Assembly (NCBI GenBank): GCA_963754315.1
Contig: CAVWFS010000008.1
Coordinates: 512,001 to 576,000 of the forward strand
Length of the DNA stretch: 64,000 bases
Direction: 5' to 3'
Origin: an uncultured Candidatus Rokubacteria bacterium
GTDB taxonomy: Bacteria > Methylomirabilota > Methylomirabilia > Rokubacteriales > CSP1-6
Shown: in pieces, positions 28,589 to 38,709 of the stretch
How the letters are laid out: every line of letters starts with the position of its first letter
Position numbering within the stretch: position 1 is the stretch's first letter
Notes under the pieces: generated by a model
Databases searched by the model: none
The model's input: the letters and a program-made list of their open reading frames with translations, nothing else
Told to the model about the DNA's origin: nothing
Program-made: the position numbers and the translations under genes

Positions 28589-31009
28589 ATGAGTCGCACC
28601 GTACTCTCCGTGTGGCGATCGAGCAGTGCACGCAAGGCAGGCCTTGTCGCCTTGGGCGCGGTGGTCGTGCTCGGGGGCCTCGCCGTCTCCCAACCGGTGC
28701 GATCGAATGGATTCATTCTGACGCGGCCTTCTCGATCGACGACGATCGCCCTCACGAACGATCGCACTCGGCTCGTGGTCGCCAACCGAGAGACGAACAG
28801 CGTTTCTGTGATCCAGGTGGGCAGGGTGGAGCTACTCTTCGGGATCTTCCCGTTTCTGTTCGACGTGGATCCCCCAGTGAAGCTCGGGGAGGTCTCGGTG
28901 GGCCCGGAACCTCGCTGCGTGGCCGTGAGTCCCAACGACGGCGAGGCCTTCGTGGCGAGCTCAGGGAATGGAACCGTCTCCGTCATCAGCCTCGTCGGGA
29001 CCCCGACCGTGGTGGCCGAGATCGCCGTGGGCACAGAGCTGCGCGGCTGCGCGCTGACACCGAACGGGGCGAGGCTCTACGTGGCCGATTTCAGCGGCAA
29101 GGTCTTCGAGATATCTCCCCAGCTCCGGAACATCGTGCGGGTCCTCGAGGTGGGCGGCAATCCGGAGGCCATCGCCATCACCAACAATGGTGACCTGGTC
29201 GACTCCGACGAGACGGTCTTCGTGTCACTGTTCTTCGCCGAGCTGATCCCCGGCGGTCCAGGCGAAGGATTCGACAACGGCAAGCGGGGTGTCGTCCTGG
29301 CGTTCGGAGTTGGAACACCCGGGCCGATCACCCGCATCAACCTCCAGCCCTTGGCTGACTCCGGCTTCACCGCCAATCGTACGAATCTTTGTACCCACCT
29401 CAATCCGGCCGCCGTCAACAACACGTTCTGCCCGGATACTACGGCGCCGGCTGGGAGTGCCGTCATCACCCAAGACCCGCAAGGCGTGTTCCCCAATCAA
29501 CTCGGCGCGCTCTTGATCCGAGGGAACCAGCTCTTGGTCCTGAGCATCGGGGCCCAGCCGGAGCCGCCCGTGCAGAACGTCAATTTCAATACCAACGTCC
29601 AGGCTCTCTTGCACGTCGTCGACATCCCCCAGTTCGCCCAGGTGGCGGCGCTCAACGTCAACACTCTCGTGGACCTCGAACCGGCTCCCGCGAATCCCAC
29701 CACGAGCCTTCTCAGGACGTTCCTCAACGACGTCGTCGCCCTGGACGCCACCGCCGACGGCAGCCGAGTCTGTGGGGTCAGTCGTGGCGGCAACCAGCTC
29801 GTGTGCAGGGCCGGCGGATCAACGGCCCTGACACGCTTCCAGGTCGGCAACATCCCCAACGGGGTCGTGATTCGGGAGGACGACCAGGGCGGCCTGCGCG
29901 CGTATGTCAACAACGAGGTCAACGTCTCGGTCAGCATCATCAATCTGACCACGAACACCGTCATCACCCGAGACTACCCGTCGGGTACCCCGCCGGCGCC
30001 CGGGACCATCGAACACGCGATCCTCGTGGGCAAGCTCGCCTTCTTCACGGCCCTCGGCATCCCTAACAACGGCATCTTCGACACTCCTATCCGCAACTTC
30101 GACCCTCTCCAGTTCCGTGGCAAGCAGTCGAGAGATGCGTGGAGCTCATGCGCATCCTGCCACCCGGAGGGGCTCTCGGACAACGTGACCTGGATCTTTG
30201 CCGCCGGTCCACGGTCGACGATCCCGCTCGACGGCACCTACAGCAAGCACAACCAGCTCGACCAGAGGGGCATCCTGTGGTCCTTCAACCGCGGCAGCAA
30301 TACAGACTTCAACCAGAATTCGCGCGCCGTTCAGGGCGGCATCGGCTTCGCCGACGACCCGGCCGCGGTCTATGACCACGGTCCGGTGTTCGGGGTCAGT
30401 GACGCCCTCGACGCCCAGACCTTCTGGATCGCCCTCGCGGTACGTTCGCTTCGGGCCCCAGCGGCCACCAGTCCGGTCGCCGCCGCTGCGGGGCGCACCG
30501 TCTTCCAGGCTAACTGCGCGTCGTGCCACGGCAGCCCCAAGTGGACGAAGAGCACGATCCTGCACCGCGACAATCCGGCCTTCAATCGGGATCCCGCGCT
30601 GGGTGGGACCCCGCTCGACCCCGGGGTGACCAACATTGCCGCCCAGATTACCCAGCTCACGATCGGACCGAATATCTTCAAGTATCTGGAAAATGTAGGG
30701 ACGTTCATTACCGCTAACCCCATCGAGATCCGCCAGAACGGCGCGCTGCCCTTCGGCGCGGCCGGCTTCAACGTTCCCTCCCTGCTCTCGCTGAGATACA
30801 CCGCTCCGTATCTACACAACGGCACGGCCCAAACGCTCGAGGCGGTGTTCCCACTCCACGGGTTGGGCGCGGCCGGCGGCACCATCCAAAGCATCCTCAA
30901 CGCGACCGACCGGGCTAATCTCATCGCGTTTCTCCTCACGATCGATCAGAGCACGGATACCCTGCGCTCCCAGGCCGACGAGTTCATCGACGCCAACGCA
31001 GGCCCATGA
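28589..31009 (+). CDS. Secreted YVTN/YncE beta-propeller protein fused to di-heme cytochrome c peroxidase/MauG-like domain
   Basis: Signal-like N-terminus, YVTN-type repeats, two CxxCH (SCASCH, NCASCH), FNVPSLL..YTAPYLHNG; RBS aggagga. Confidence 0.85.
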   Translation: MSRTVLSVWRSSSARKAGLVALGAVVVLGGLAVSQPVRSNGFILTRPSRSTTIALTNDRTRLVVANRETNSVSVIQVGRVELLFGIFPFLFDVDPPVKLGEVSVGPEPRCVAVSPNDGEAFVASSGNGTVSVISLVGTPTVVAEIAVGTELRGCALTPNGARLYVADFSGKVFEISPQLRNIVRVLEVGGNPEAIAITNNGDLVDSDETVFVSLFFAELIPGGPGEGFDNGKRGVVLAFGVGTPGPITRINLQPLADSGFTANRTNLCTHLNPAAVNNTFCPDTTAPAGSAVITQDPQGVFPNQLGALLIRGNQLLVLSIGAQPEPPVQNVNFNTNVQALLHVVDIPQFAQVAALNVNTLVDLEPAPANPTTSLLRTFLNDVVALDATADGSRVCGVSRGGNQLVCRAGGSTALTRFQVGNIPNGVVIREDDQGGLRAYVNNEVNVSVSIINLTTNTVITRDYPSGTPPAPGTIEHAILVGKLAFFTALGIPNNGIFDTPIRNFDPLQFRGKQSRDAWSSCASCHPEGLSDNVTWIFAAGPRSTIPLDGTYSKHNQLDQRGILWSFNRGSNTDFNQNSRAVQGGIGFADDPAAVYDHGPVFGVSDALDAQTFWIALAVRSLRAPAATSPVAAAAGRTVFQANCASCHGSPKWTKSTILHRDNPAFNRDPALGGTPLDPGVTNIAAQITQLTIGPNIFKYLENVGTFITANPIEIRQNGALPFGAAGFNVPSLLSLRYTAPYLHNGTAQTLEAVFPLHGLGAAGGTIQSILNATDRANLIAFLLTIDQSTDTLRSQADEFIDANAGP

Positions 31010-31025
31010 GAGGCATGCTCCCTCA

Positions 31026-31243
31026 GGGCGGCGCGTGGGCGGCGCGTGGCCTCCTTCGGTGATTAGATGATAGTTGATGTCGATCATCCGGCCGATCACC
31101 CGCTCGAGGTATCGTTCAACGACGAGCTCGTGGGTCGGGCTGGCCAGGTAGTCGGCGAGGGGGGTCTGGGCAATCAGCCCGAGCTCGCGCAGATCGCTAG
31201 TGATGAGGACCAGCTTGCGCGTCACCAGTTCTTGATCGATCAC
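31026..31243 (-). pseudogene. Truncated HepT/DUF86 (HEPN) toxin
   Basis: VERYLERVIGRMIDINYHLI...PP is a typical DUF86 N-half; GTG overlaps the MNT stop; no RxxxxH catalytic half. Confidence 0.75.
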
Positions 31244-31638
31244 GGAGGGGCCAAGGTTCGTAGCGCGCGGTCGACGTAAGGTCGTTCGAGCGCGAGATAC
31301 CGTCGGTGATCCTGATAGCGCCTGAATGCGTACATCTTCAGCTCGTGCAGACGTCGGGGCGAGCCATAGAGAAGTCGGCAATCCTCGGTGATCTTCTTCA
31401 AGAAGAAGGGATCCGCTCGGTTGATCACGGCTAGGTCGATCTCTCGGCCAGGATAGAAGGGCTGAAGATCCGAGCTCAGCTCGCTGAGAGTCCCCAGAGA
31501 CGGCGAAGGACTCTGGAGCAGTACGGCGAGGTCGACATCGCTTCGCGGGTGCTGGCGCCCGGATACCGTGGAGCCGAACTGCAAGAGCAGCACCACACCG
31601 TGCGCGCGCGCGATCTCCTCCAGGCTCCTGGCTTCCAT
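31240..31638 (-). CDS. Minimal nucleotidyltransferase (MntA-like antitoxin)
   Basis: QFGSTVSGRQHPRSDVDLAV, EIDLAVINRADP. Confidence 0.9.
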   Translation of the reverse strand: MEARSLEEIARAHGVVLLLQFGSTVSGRQHPRSDVDLAVLLQSPSPSLGTLSELSSDLQPFYPGREIDLAVINRADPFFLKKITEDCRLLYGSPRRLHELKMYAFRRYQDHRRYLALERPYVDRALRTLAPP

Positions 31639-31717
31639 TCCCATCCCCTCCCGGCATTATAGCGGCCGCCTCCGGCAGCGGCGGCGCTCTCGCCCAAGGG
31701 TCCAGATCGTCCAGCGC

Positions 31718-33427
31718 CTACTCCATCAGACGAGAGGTCGCCCGGGCTAGGGAGCCAACCTCGCGGTCGGTGATGACACCCACCACGTCGCGGGGGGCGG
31801 CCGCGTCGCGCGTCGGAACGACGAGAGCCACTCGCGCCTGGCAGCTTTCCATCGTTCGTAGGACGCTGACCAGGGGGTCGTCTGGTTCGACCAACACGTG
31901 AGGTGCGGTCGTGCCGTCTGCGAGTGAGACGCTTGCGATACGACCGTCCTGGAGTACCACGGTAACGAGGGATGTGGTCGGTGGACCGGTGGCGCTGGCC
32001 ACGACGAAATCCCGGCTCATGATGTCCTGGGCCCGCCGGGTGCCGAGGATCCATGCCTGGAGCCCCTGTGGAACCACGTCACCGCGCCGGAGGAGCTTGA
32101 GCGTGTAGAGGCTCGCCGGTGAGAGATGCTGCCGGACGGCATAGGCCACCGTGGCGGTGATGATCACGGGGATGATGACGCTATAGTTCCACGTCATCTC
32201 GAAGAGCATGATGATGGCGGTGAGCACGGCGCCCGTCGCGCCTGCCACCATGCCTGCCATCCCGGCCAGCGCGAAATGAACGGGGCTGATCTCGAGCCCC
32301 GGTATCCGATCCAACAAACTACCCACGGCGGCACCGAGGGCAGCCCCCAGGTACAGGCTGGGGGAGAAGATGCCCCCGGACGCGCCGGAGCCGAGCGTGA
32401 GACACGTGACGAGCAGCTTGGCTCCCACCAGAACGAGGAGGAATCCTGGGGCGTGCAGATTCCCCCGGAGGATGTCGAGGATCGTGGCGTAGCCGACGCC
32501 CTCGACATAGTAATGAGCCGGCTGGCCGAAGAGCGGGTACGACAGCGTCAGAAAGCCGAACAGGATCAGTCCCACCGCGAGCATTCCGAGCCCATGGCGT
32601 GTGTAGTACGTGCCGGGCATGGCATCGAAGCGGTCCTCGAACCAGTAGATGGCGCGCGTCATGAGCGTGGCCAGCAGACCGACGGCGACCCCACACACCA
32701 CGAACAGAGGCATGACGGCGAAGGGTAGGTCGATGGCCTGGAAGGCAGCGAGGGCGGGAACCTCGAACGACGGCCCCCGTCCAAAGAACACGTGACCGAT
32801 GTGGGTGGCCACCACCGTGGAGATGGCGACGTGAAGTATCGCGCGAGCGCTCATGGCCGGTAGCATCAGCTCGACCGCGAAGGCGATTCCCCCCAGCGGC
32901 GAGTTGAAGGTGGCGGCGATCCCGCCGCCTGCGCCAGCCGCCACCAGGACGATGCGCTGGCGGACGGGCATGCTGACGATCTGGCCCAACGTTGAGCCGA
33001 AGGCGGCCCCGATCTGGACAATGGGCCCCTCGCGTCCGACCGAGCCCCCGCTCCCGATCGAGAGCGCGGAGGCAATCGACTTGACGACGACGACCACGGG
33101 TCGGATGCGCCCCGCGCGGTAGTAGATCGCATCCATCACTTCAGGTACGCCGTGGCCCTTGGCCTCGGGGGCAAAGGTGCCCACCACGAAGGCGACTCCC
33201 ATCGCTCCTACCACCGGCACCAGGATCACCAGCATTCCCCACGGCGCCGCGGGTGTGTGCAGATTGGCGTCGTAGGTGAAGGAGAGCTGTCCCAGGAAGA
33301 ACAGGTTATGGAATCCGCTGATCATGGCGCGGAACACCACCGCTCCGACGCCGGCGATAACCCCGACCGTGACCGCCAGCGCGGCCATGCCCCACCAGGC
33401 GAGCGGTCGCGGCTCGAGGGTCGTCAC
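31718..33427 (-). CDS. ClC-family chloride channel/antiporter with degenerate CBS tail
   Basis: GHGVPEV, GREGP, FNSPLGGIAFAVE, GGIFSP, AQDIMSR...GVIT. Confidence 0.93.
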   Translation of the reverse strand: MTTLEPRPLAWWGMAALAVTVGVIAGVGAVVFRAMISGFHNLFFLGQLSFTYDANLHTPAAPWGMLVILVPVVGAMGVAFVVGTFAPEAKGHGVPEVMDAIYYRAGRIRPVVVVVKSIASALSIGSGGSVGREGPIVQIGAAFGSTLGQIVSMPVRQRIVLVAAGAGGGIAATFNSPLGGIAFAVELMLPAMSARAILHVAISTVVATHIGHVFFGRGPSFEVPALAAFQAIDLPFAVMPLFVVCGVAVGLLATLMTRAIYWFEDRFDAMPGTYYTRHGLGMLAVGLILFGFLTLSYPLFGQPAHYYVEGVGYATILDILRGNLHAPGFLLVLVGAKLLVTCLTLGSGASGGIFSPSLYLGAALGAAVGSLLDRIPGLEISPVHFALAGMAGMVAGATGAVLTAIIMLFEMTWNYSVIIPVIITATVAYAVRQHLSPASLYTLKLLRRGDVVPQGLQAWILGTRRAQDIMSRDFVVASATGPPTTSLVTVVLQDGRIASVSLADGTTAPHVLVEPDDPLVSVLRTMESCQARVALVVPTRDAAAPRDVVGVITDREVGSLARATSRLME

Positions 33428-33442
33428 GCGGACCGGCGCCGC

Positions 33443-34639
33443 TCAGCGAGGCGCGCTGGTGACGCCGGCGGCGAGCATCCCGTCGACCTCATCCCGGCTG
33501 AAGCCGGCCTCCAGGAGCACCTCGACGCTGTGCTCGCCCAGCCGCGGGGGATGGCGCGTGATCGCGCCCGGTGTGTCGCTGAAGGTCGTGGGGATGTCGG
33601 TCGTGCGTAGGGTGCCTTCGGTCGGGTGCTCCATCATCTTCCAGAATCCGGTGGCGGCGAGCTGGGGATCGTCGAACAGGGTCTCCAGGGTATTCACGAC
33701 CATGTGGGGAACGTTCGCACGCTCGAGCGCGACGAGCCAGTCGGCGGTGCTGCGAGTCGCCACGATGTTGCCCAGTTCCTCGTAGAGTGCCTCGATGTGG
33801 GCCAGACGCGAGGCCAGGCTGTGAAAGCGTGTATCGGCCAGCAGATCGGCTCGACCCGCCAGCTCGAAGAAGGTGCGCCAGTGCCCATCGGTGTAGGGCA
33901 GCACGGCCAGATAGCCGTCCTTGGTCGGGAAGGGGCGGCGCCAGCGGTTGAGAATGCGCTTGTAGCCGGGCGAGTCGAGCGGAGGGACGAAGGCCTGCCC
34001 GTAGAGGTGCTCCACCATCACCCACGCCGCCAAGGTCTCGAACATCGGCACTTCGAGTGCTTGCCCCTGACCAGTCCGCTCACGCCGAACCAGCGCGGCC
34101 AACACCGACGACAGCACGGCCATGGAGCTTGTCTTGTCGGCCACGATCGTGGGCAAGTAGCGCGGATCACCCACCAGGGCCGTTTGTAACGAGGCGAGCC
34201 CCGAGCCAGCCTGGATGACGTCGTCGTAGGCAGGCTTGTTCCCGTACGGTCCTGCCGCACGAAAGCCATAGGTCGCGCAGTAGACGAGGCGCGGATTGAT
34301 CGTCTTGAAGACCGCGTACTCCAGGCGCAGCTTGGCCGCCGGCTCGGGCCGGAAGTTGTGCATCAGCACATCGGCGGTGCGGGCCATGCGCAGCAGCGCA
34401 TCGCGGCCGGCCGACTGCTTGAGGTCGAGCACGAGGCTGCGCTTGTTGCGGTTGCACCCGAGATAGAAGGCCGCCATGCCGGGATGGCGCGCGGGGCCGA
34501 GCTGGCGAGTGGTGTCGCCATCGGGCGACTCGATCTTGATCACGTCGGCGCCGTAGTCGCCGAGCGTCTGGGCCGCGAGCGGGCCCAGGACAACACTGGT
34601 AAGGTCGAGCACGCGGATACCGTCCAAGGGACCAGGCAT
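33443..34639 (-). CDS. CaiB/BaiF family III CoA-transferase
   Basis: MPGPLDGIRVLDL, GADVIKIE, NRNKRS, AYDDVIQ, PPRLGEH. Confidence 0.94.
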   Translation of the reverse strand: MPGPLDGIRVLDLTSVVLGPLAAQTLGDYGADVIKIESPDGDTTRQLGPARHPGMAAFYLGCNRNKRSLVLDLKQSAGRDALLRMARTADVLMHNFRPEPAAKLRLEYAVFKTINPRLVYCATYGFRAAGPYGNKPAYDDVIQAGSGLASLQTALVGDPRYLPTIVADKTSSMAVLSSVLAALVRRERTGQGQALEVPMFETLAAWVMVEHLYGQAFVPPLDSPGYKRILNRWRRPFPTKDGYLAVLPYTDGHWRTFFELAGRADLLADTRFHSLASRLAHIEALYEELGNIVATRSTADWLVALERANVPHMVVNTLETLFDDPQLAATGFWKMMEHPTEGTLRTTDIPTTFSDTPGAITRHPPRLGEHSVEVLLEAGFSRDEVDGMLAAGVTSAPR

Positions 34640-34699
34640 GGCGGCATTATATGCGGTCCTGTTACCATCCTCAGGCGGCGACACGGGAGACACGGGCGA

Positions 34700-35920
34700 A
34701 TGGACAGGGTCGGGGAGGCCGAGATTCTCGTCATCGGCGGTGGTATCGCCGGGGCGGCGGCGGCCTTCTACCTGCGCGATCATGGCCACGACGTCCTCGT
34801 GCTGGAGCGTGACGAGATCGCTTCCGCGGCCTCCGGCGTCAATGCAGGCTCCATCGATTCCCTGGGCTGGGGCACGGCGCCCGACCTGCAGGCGCATCTG
34901 ACCGAGGGCAGTCGCGAGATCTTCACCGAGCTGCAGCTCGATCTCGGGTACGACATCGAGCTGCGGCATTCGGGATCGTTGCAGGCGATCCACACCGAGG
35001 AGCAGCACGAGTTCGCGCGGGCGCGGGTAAGCAGGTTGAGCGCGCAGGGATACCGCCTCCAGCTGCTCACCACGCGTGAGGCCCGCGGCCTCGAGCCCGC
35101 GCTCAATCCCGAACTGCCCGGATTCGTCTACTCGCCCCAGCGCGCCCAGGCCGACCCCCGGAAGGCCACGCGCGCCCTGGTCCTGGCCTCCGAGCGCATC
35201 GGGGCCCGAGTACGCACGCACCATCCCGTCACCGCCATCCAGTCCCGGACTGACGGGGGCTATCTCGTCACCACCACCCGCGGTGACTTCGTGGCAGGAA
35301 CGCTCGTGATCGCCGCCGGTGCCTGGTGCGCGACGATCGGGGCGATGCTTGGGCTGCGAATCCCCATCGTGCCGGTACGGGGTCAGATGTGGGCGACTGA
35401 CACCGTGCCACCCCGGGTGTTCCATACGATCTCGTCGGCCGAGTCGGGGAGCTTCTGGCAGCGCCATCCGAGCCACGACACCCAGACCCCGCCCGAGCTG
35501 ACCCATCGCGGGAACACGCGCCTCACTCGACACCTCTACGGCCGACAGACGCGTCGGGGTGACATCATCTTCGGTGGCGATCGTCAGCTCGTGGGATACG
35601 ACACGGCTCCGGATCCGGCCGGAATCGAGGTCAATCGAGAGCACGCTGCGCAGGTTCTGCCCTTCCTGGCAAGCCTGCGCGTGAGCCGAACGTGGGCCGG
35701 CCTGATGCCCTTCTCGCTCGATGGCAAGCCGATCATCGGCCGTATCCCCCAGCGGGAGAACCTCTTCATCGTCAGCGGGCTTGCCTCGTCGGGTTTCGGG
35801 CGCGGCCCCATGGCGGGCAAACTGCTGGCCGAGTGGGTTCACACGGGCCGGCGGCCGCATGTGCTCGAGGCCGCCGACCCAGCGCGCTGCGTGACGGAAA
35901 GCGCCGGGGTCATGGTGTGA
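34700..35920 (+). CDS. FAD-dependent amino-acid oxidase family (DAO/sarcosine oxidase beta-like)
   Basis: VIGGGIAG, ASGVNAG, AAGAW, PVRGQ, WAGLMPFSLDGKPIIG. Confidence 0.92.
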   Translation: MDRVGEAEILVIGGGIAGAAAAFYLRDHGHDVLVLERDEIASAASGVNAGSIDSLGWGTAPDLQAHLTEGSREIFTELQLDLGYDIELRHSGSLQAIHTEEQHEFARARVSRLSAQGYRLQLLTTREARGLEPALNPELPGFVYSPQRAQADPRKATRALVLASERIGARVRTHHPVTAIQSRTDGGYLVTTTRGDFVAGTLVIAAGAWCATIGAMLGLRIPIVPVRGQMWATDTVPPRVFHTISSAESGSFWQRHPSHDTQTPPELTHRGNTRLTRHLYGRQTRRGDIIFGGDRQLVGYDTAPDPAGIEVNREHAAQVLPFLASLRVSRTWAGLMPFSLDGKPIIGRIPQRENLFIVSGLASSGFGRGPMAGKLLAEWVHTGRRPHVLEAADPARCVTESAGVMV

Positions 35921-36546
35921 GCGTGCTCCTGCCCGAGCCGCTCCCCGACAGCCCGCTCCCGCTTGTGGCGGGCTGGCTTGCCGAGGCGGGCAAGGTTGTC
36001 CGCAATCCCACTGCGATGACGCTCGCCACCGTCGAGCCGGATGGCCGGCCCTCCGCGCGCATGGTGATCTGCCGCGGGTTCGATGCGGCCGCTGGCTGGT
36101 TCGTGTTCTATACCGATCGCGAGAGTCGAAAAGGGCACTCGCTGGCCGCCCATCCAGAGGCCGCCCTCGTCTTCCACTGGGAGGCCCTCGAGCGCCAGAT
36201 TCGAATCGAAGGGCCGGTGACCGACGCGCCGGAGGCGGACTCCGAGGCCTACTGGAACACGCGACCGATCGACGCGCGCATCGCCGCCGTCGCCAGCGAG
36301 CAGAGTCGACCCCTCGACTCCCGCGCGGTCCTCCTGGCTCGAATCGACGAGGTCACGCAACGATCCAGCGGTGTAGTCCCGAGACCTCCTCGCTGGGGTG
36401 GCTATCGGGTGTGGGCGGCTCGTGTCGAACTGTGGGCGGGCCAGCCCGCCCGCGTCCATGATCGCGCGCTGTGGGAGCGCCGACTCGAACGGGTCAGCGG
36501 CGAGTTCAAAGGGGGCGAGTGGCGCGCCACTCGCCTACAGCCATGA
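35917..36546 (+). CDS. pdxH: Pyridoxamine 5'-phosphate oxidase
   Basis: AMTLAT...PSARMV, FYTDRESRK, RQIRIEG, WGGYR, RVHDR, RLQP. Confidence 0.9.
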   Translation: MSVLLPEPLPDSPLPLVAGWLAEAGKVVRNPTAMTLATVEPDGRPSARMVICRGFDAAAGWFVFYTDRESRKGHSLAAHPEAALVFHWEALERQIRIEGPVTDAPEADSEAYWNTRPIDARIAAVASEQSRPLDSRAVLLARIDEVTQRSSGVVPRPPRWGGYRVWAARVELWAGQPARVHDRALWERRLERVSGEFKGGEWRATRLQP

Positions 36547-36548
36547 GG

Positions 36549-36995
36549 TTACGCTCTACGATAGATGGGCGGTCGCCGTCGTACGCTCTCGGTGAGTCCT
36601 GAGTCGAACGCTTCCAGAGAAAAGCCGCGCGGTTGAGGCGGTCCCTCGACTCCGAGCAGCCGGACCACTGTGGGATGGCTGTAGTAGGCGCAGTACGTTT
36701 GCTGCAGCAGTGCCTCGAAGGCGGCCGGATGCCTCTTCTCGACGTCACGCAGCACCGCATCCTGCTTCTCCCCGGGCAGGGTGGCGAAGCCGCCCGACTG
36801 TCCAGCCAGAATCTCGATCCGGCGCAACCCTTCGAGAAGGAGTCGCCGTGAGCCAGGTGCAGCTCCGCCCGCCCGGTCGAGGTGCTCGACGAGCCCGAGG
36901 TCGCCTGCAGCCGGAAACACGCCGTCGGCGGGCACGAGCCGATTCAGCACGAGACGGAGCAAAACGGCCTGGGAGGGAGTGAAGACCTGGGTCAC
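36549..36995 (-). CDS. Gluconate 2-dehydrogenase subunit 3-like partner protein
   Basis: RLVPADGVFPAAGD, FEALLQQTYCAYYSHP; overlaps the GMC stop. Confidence 0.75.
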   Translation of the reverse strand: MTQVFTPSQAVLLRLVLNRLVPADGVFPAAGDLGLVEHLDRAGGAAPGSRRLLLEGLRRIEILAGQSGGFATLPGEKQDAVLRDVEKRHPAAFEALLQQTYCAYYSHPTVVRLLGVEGPPQPRGFSLEAFDSGLTESVRRRPPIYRRA

Positions 36996-38596
36996 AGATT
37001 GTGAGCGTTGCGCTTGATGTAGTCGGCTGCCCGCAGAGCGACCGCCTGGATCGTCGAGGTGGGGTTCACCGCGCCACCGGTCACGAAGACGCTGCCGTCG
37101 ACGATGAAGAGGTTCTTGACCTCGTGAGAGCGTCCGTACGAATCGACCACCGAGCGACGTGGATCAGTCCCCATGCGCGCCGTGCCCATCAGGTGCCAGC
37201 CCGCGGAGCGGAGGAGGGGGGTGGCCTCGATGGTGTGCGCCCCCGCTGCCCGCAGCGCCTCCGCTCCCCTTGTGATCCCGTGGTCGAGCAGGTCGCGGCT
37301 ATTCTGACTCAGGGTGTAGACGATCCGGGGAGCGGGGATGCCGTCGCCGTCGGCGAGCTGCCCGTCGAGCTCGACCCTGTTGTGCTCCTCGGGAAGATCG
37401 TCGCCGATCACCGCGAGGGTGATGGTTCGATCGAAGCGCGCGTGATAGGCGGCCCGGTGCGATGCTCCCCACGGCACGCGCTGCGCGCTGAGCCCGCCCG
37501 TGGCCGTCGCGATCGGGCTCAACCCCCGCGCGATCTGGAAGGAGCAACCCCGGACGAAGCCACGAGACAGATCGGTTTCGTAGAACTCCTGGCTGATGAT
37601 CGCGCAGCCGATCGGCCCTCTCAGTCCTTGCAGCGGCTCGTCGAAGACCCCGCGTACGCTGGCATAGGGATGGAACATGAGGTTCTTGCCCACCAGCCCC
37701 GTCCCGTTCGCGAGCCCGTCAGGAAACAAGGCTGAGCGCGAGTTCAGAAGGAGGCGGGGCGTACCGACACCGTTGCAGGCGAGGACGACGATGCGGGCCT
37801 TCTGCTCGCGGACGTGGCCGTGGCCGTCGTAGTAGATGACCCCATCGGCGAGGCCGGCATCCGTCACGGTGATCTCGCGGACACGTGCCCCGGTTCGTAG
37901 CATCGCGCCCCGGGCCAGGGCTTTGGGCCAGTACGTGATATCGGTGCTGGCTTTGGCCCCGATCGCGCAGCCGACGTCGCAGGGGCCGCAGTTGTTGCAC
38001 GCGCGGCGTCCGTCGTACGGGCGGGTGAGAATCGCGCTGTCGGAGGGCCACCAGTGCCAGCCGAGCCTCTCGAAGCCGCGCACGATGGTCTGGCCGAGCA
38101 GGCCGAGCGGAATGGGCGGTGTCTGGCGCGGCGGCTTGGGCGGGTAGGCGGGATCCCCATCGAGGCCCGCCACGCCCATCATGCGGTCGTTGAGGTCGAA
38201 GAAAGGTTCCAGCTCGTCGTACGTCAACGGCCAGTCGTCGGCGACCCCATCCAGGCTGCGCACTTTGAAATCCGAGGGGCGCAGCCGCGGGAAGTGGGCG
38301 CTCCAGTGAATGGTGCTGCCCCCCACGGCGTTGTACATCAACGGATCGATGGGCGAGTCCTTGGTGTTCAGCGGGTAATCGACGGGCAAGCACCGGAAGT
38401 TGGGGTCGGGATGGAAGTCAGTCTGGCGATGCAGCTCCCAATCTTCTCCGGCCGTGGGGTAGCTCTTGGGGTCGACCCAGCCGCCCTGCTCCAGGCACAG
38501 CACCTGAATGCCGGACTCGGCAAGGCTCCAGGCGAGGGCAGCGCCAGAGGCCCCTGCTCCGATCACCAGGACGTCGACCTTGTCCGCCTCGGCCAT
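36992..38596 (-). CDS. GMC family oxidoreductase
   Basis: VIGAGASG, VGGSTIHW, CNNCGPCDVGC, HLMGTARMG, NPTSTIQA. Confidence 0.93.
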   Translation of the reverse strand: MAEADKVDVLVIGAGASGAALAWSLAESGIQVLCLEQGGWVDPKSYPTAGEDWELHRQTDFHPDPNFRCLPVDYPLNTKDSPIDPLMYNAVGGSTIHWSAHFPRLRPSDFKVRSLDGVADDWPLTYDELEPFFDLNDRMMGVAGLDGDPAYPPKPPRQTPPIPLGLLGQTIVRGFERLGWHWWPSDSAILTRPYDGRRACNNCGPCDVGCAIGAKASTDITYWPKALARGAMLRTGARVREITVTDAGLADGVIYYDGHGHVREQKARIVVLACNGVGTPRLLLNSRSALFPDGLANGTGLVGKNLMFHPYASVRGVFDEPLQGLRGPIGCAIISQEFYETDLSRGFVRGCSFQIARGLSPIATATGGLSAQRVPWGASHRAAYHARFDRTITLAVIGDDLPEEHNRVELDGQLADGDGIPAPRIVYTLSQNSRDLLDHGITRGAEALRAAGAHTIEATPLLRSAGWHLMGTARMGTDPRRSVVDSYGRSHEVKNLFIVDGSVFVTGGAVNPTSTIQAVALRAADYIKRNAHNL

Positions 38597-38709
38597 CGTT
38601 GCTTTTTCTCTCTCCTCGGTTCTGCGAGTTATAGCACGCCCTCCGCCGTGCGGATTCCCGTACAATGTCGCCCTACGAGGAGCGTTGACAGCGGCCGGGA
38701 GGTGGGACC

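Noticed and set aside
34640..35860. 805-aa ORF suggesting a large N-terminal extension on the CoA-transferase
   Set aside because: The extension is the antisense shadow of the DAO-family gene; the canonical start is at 34639.
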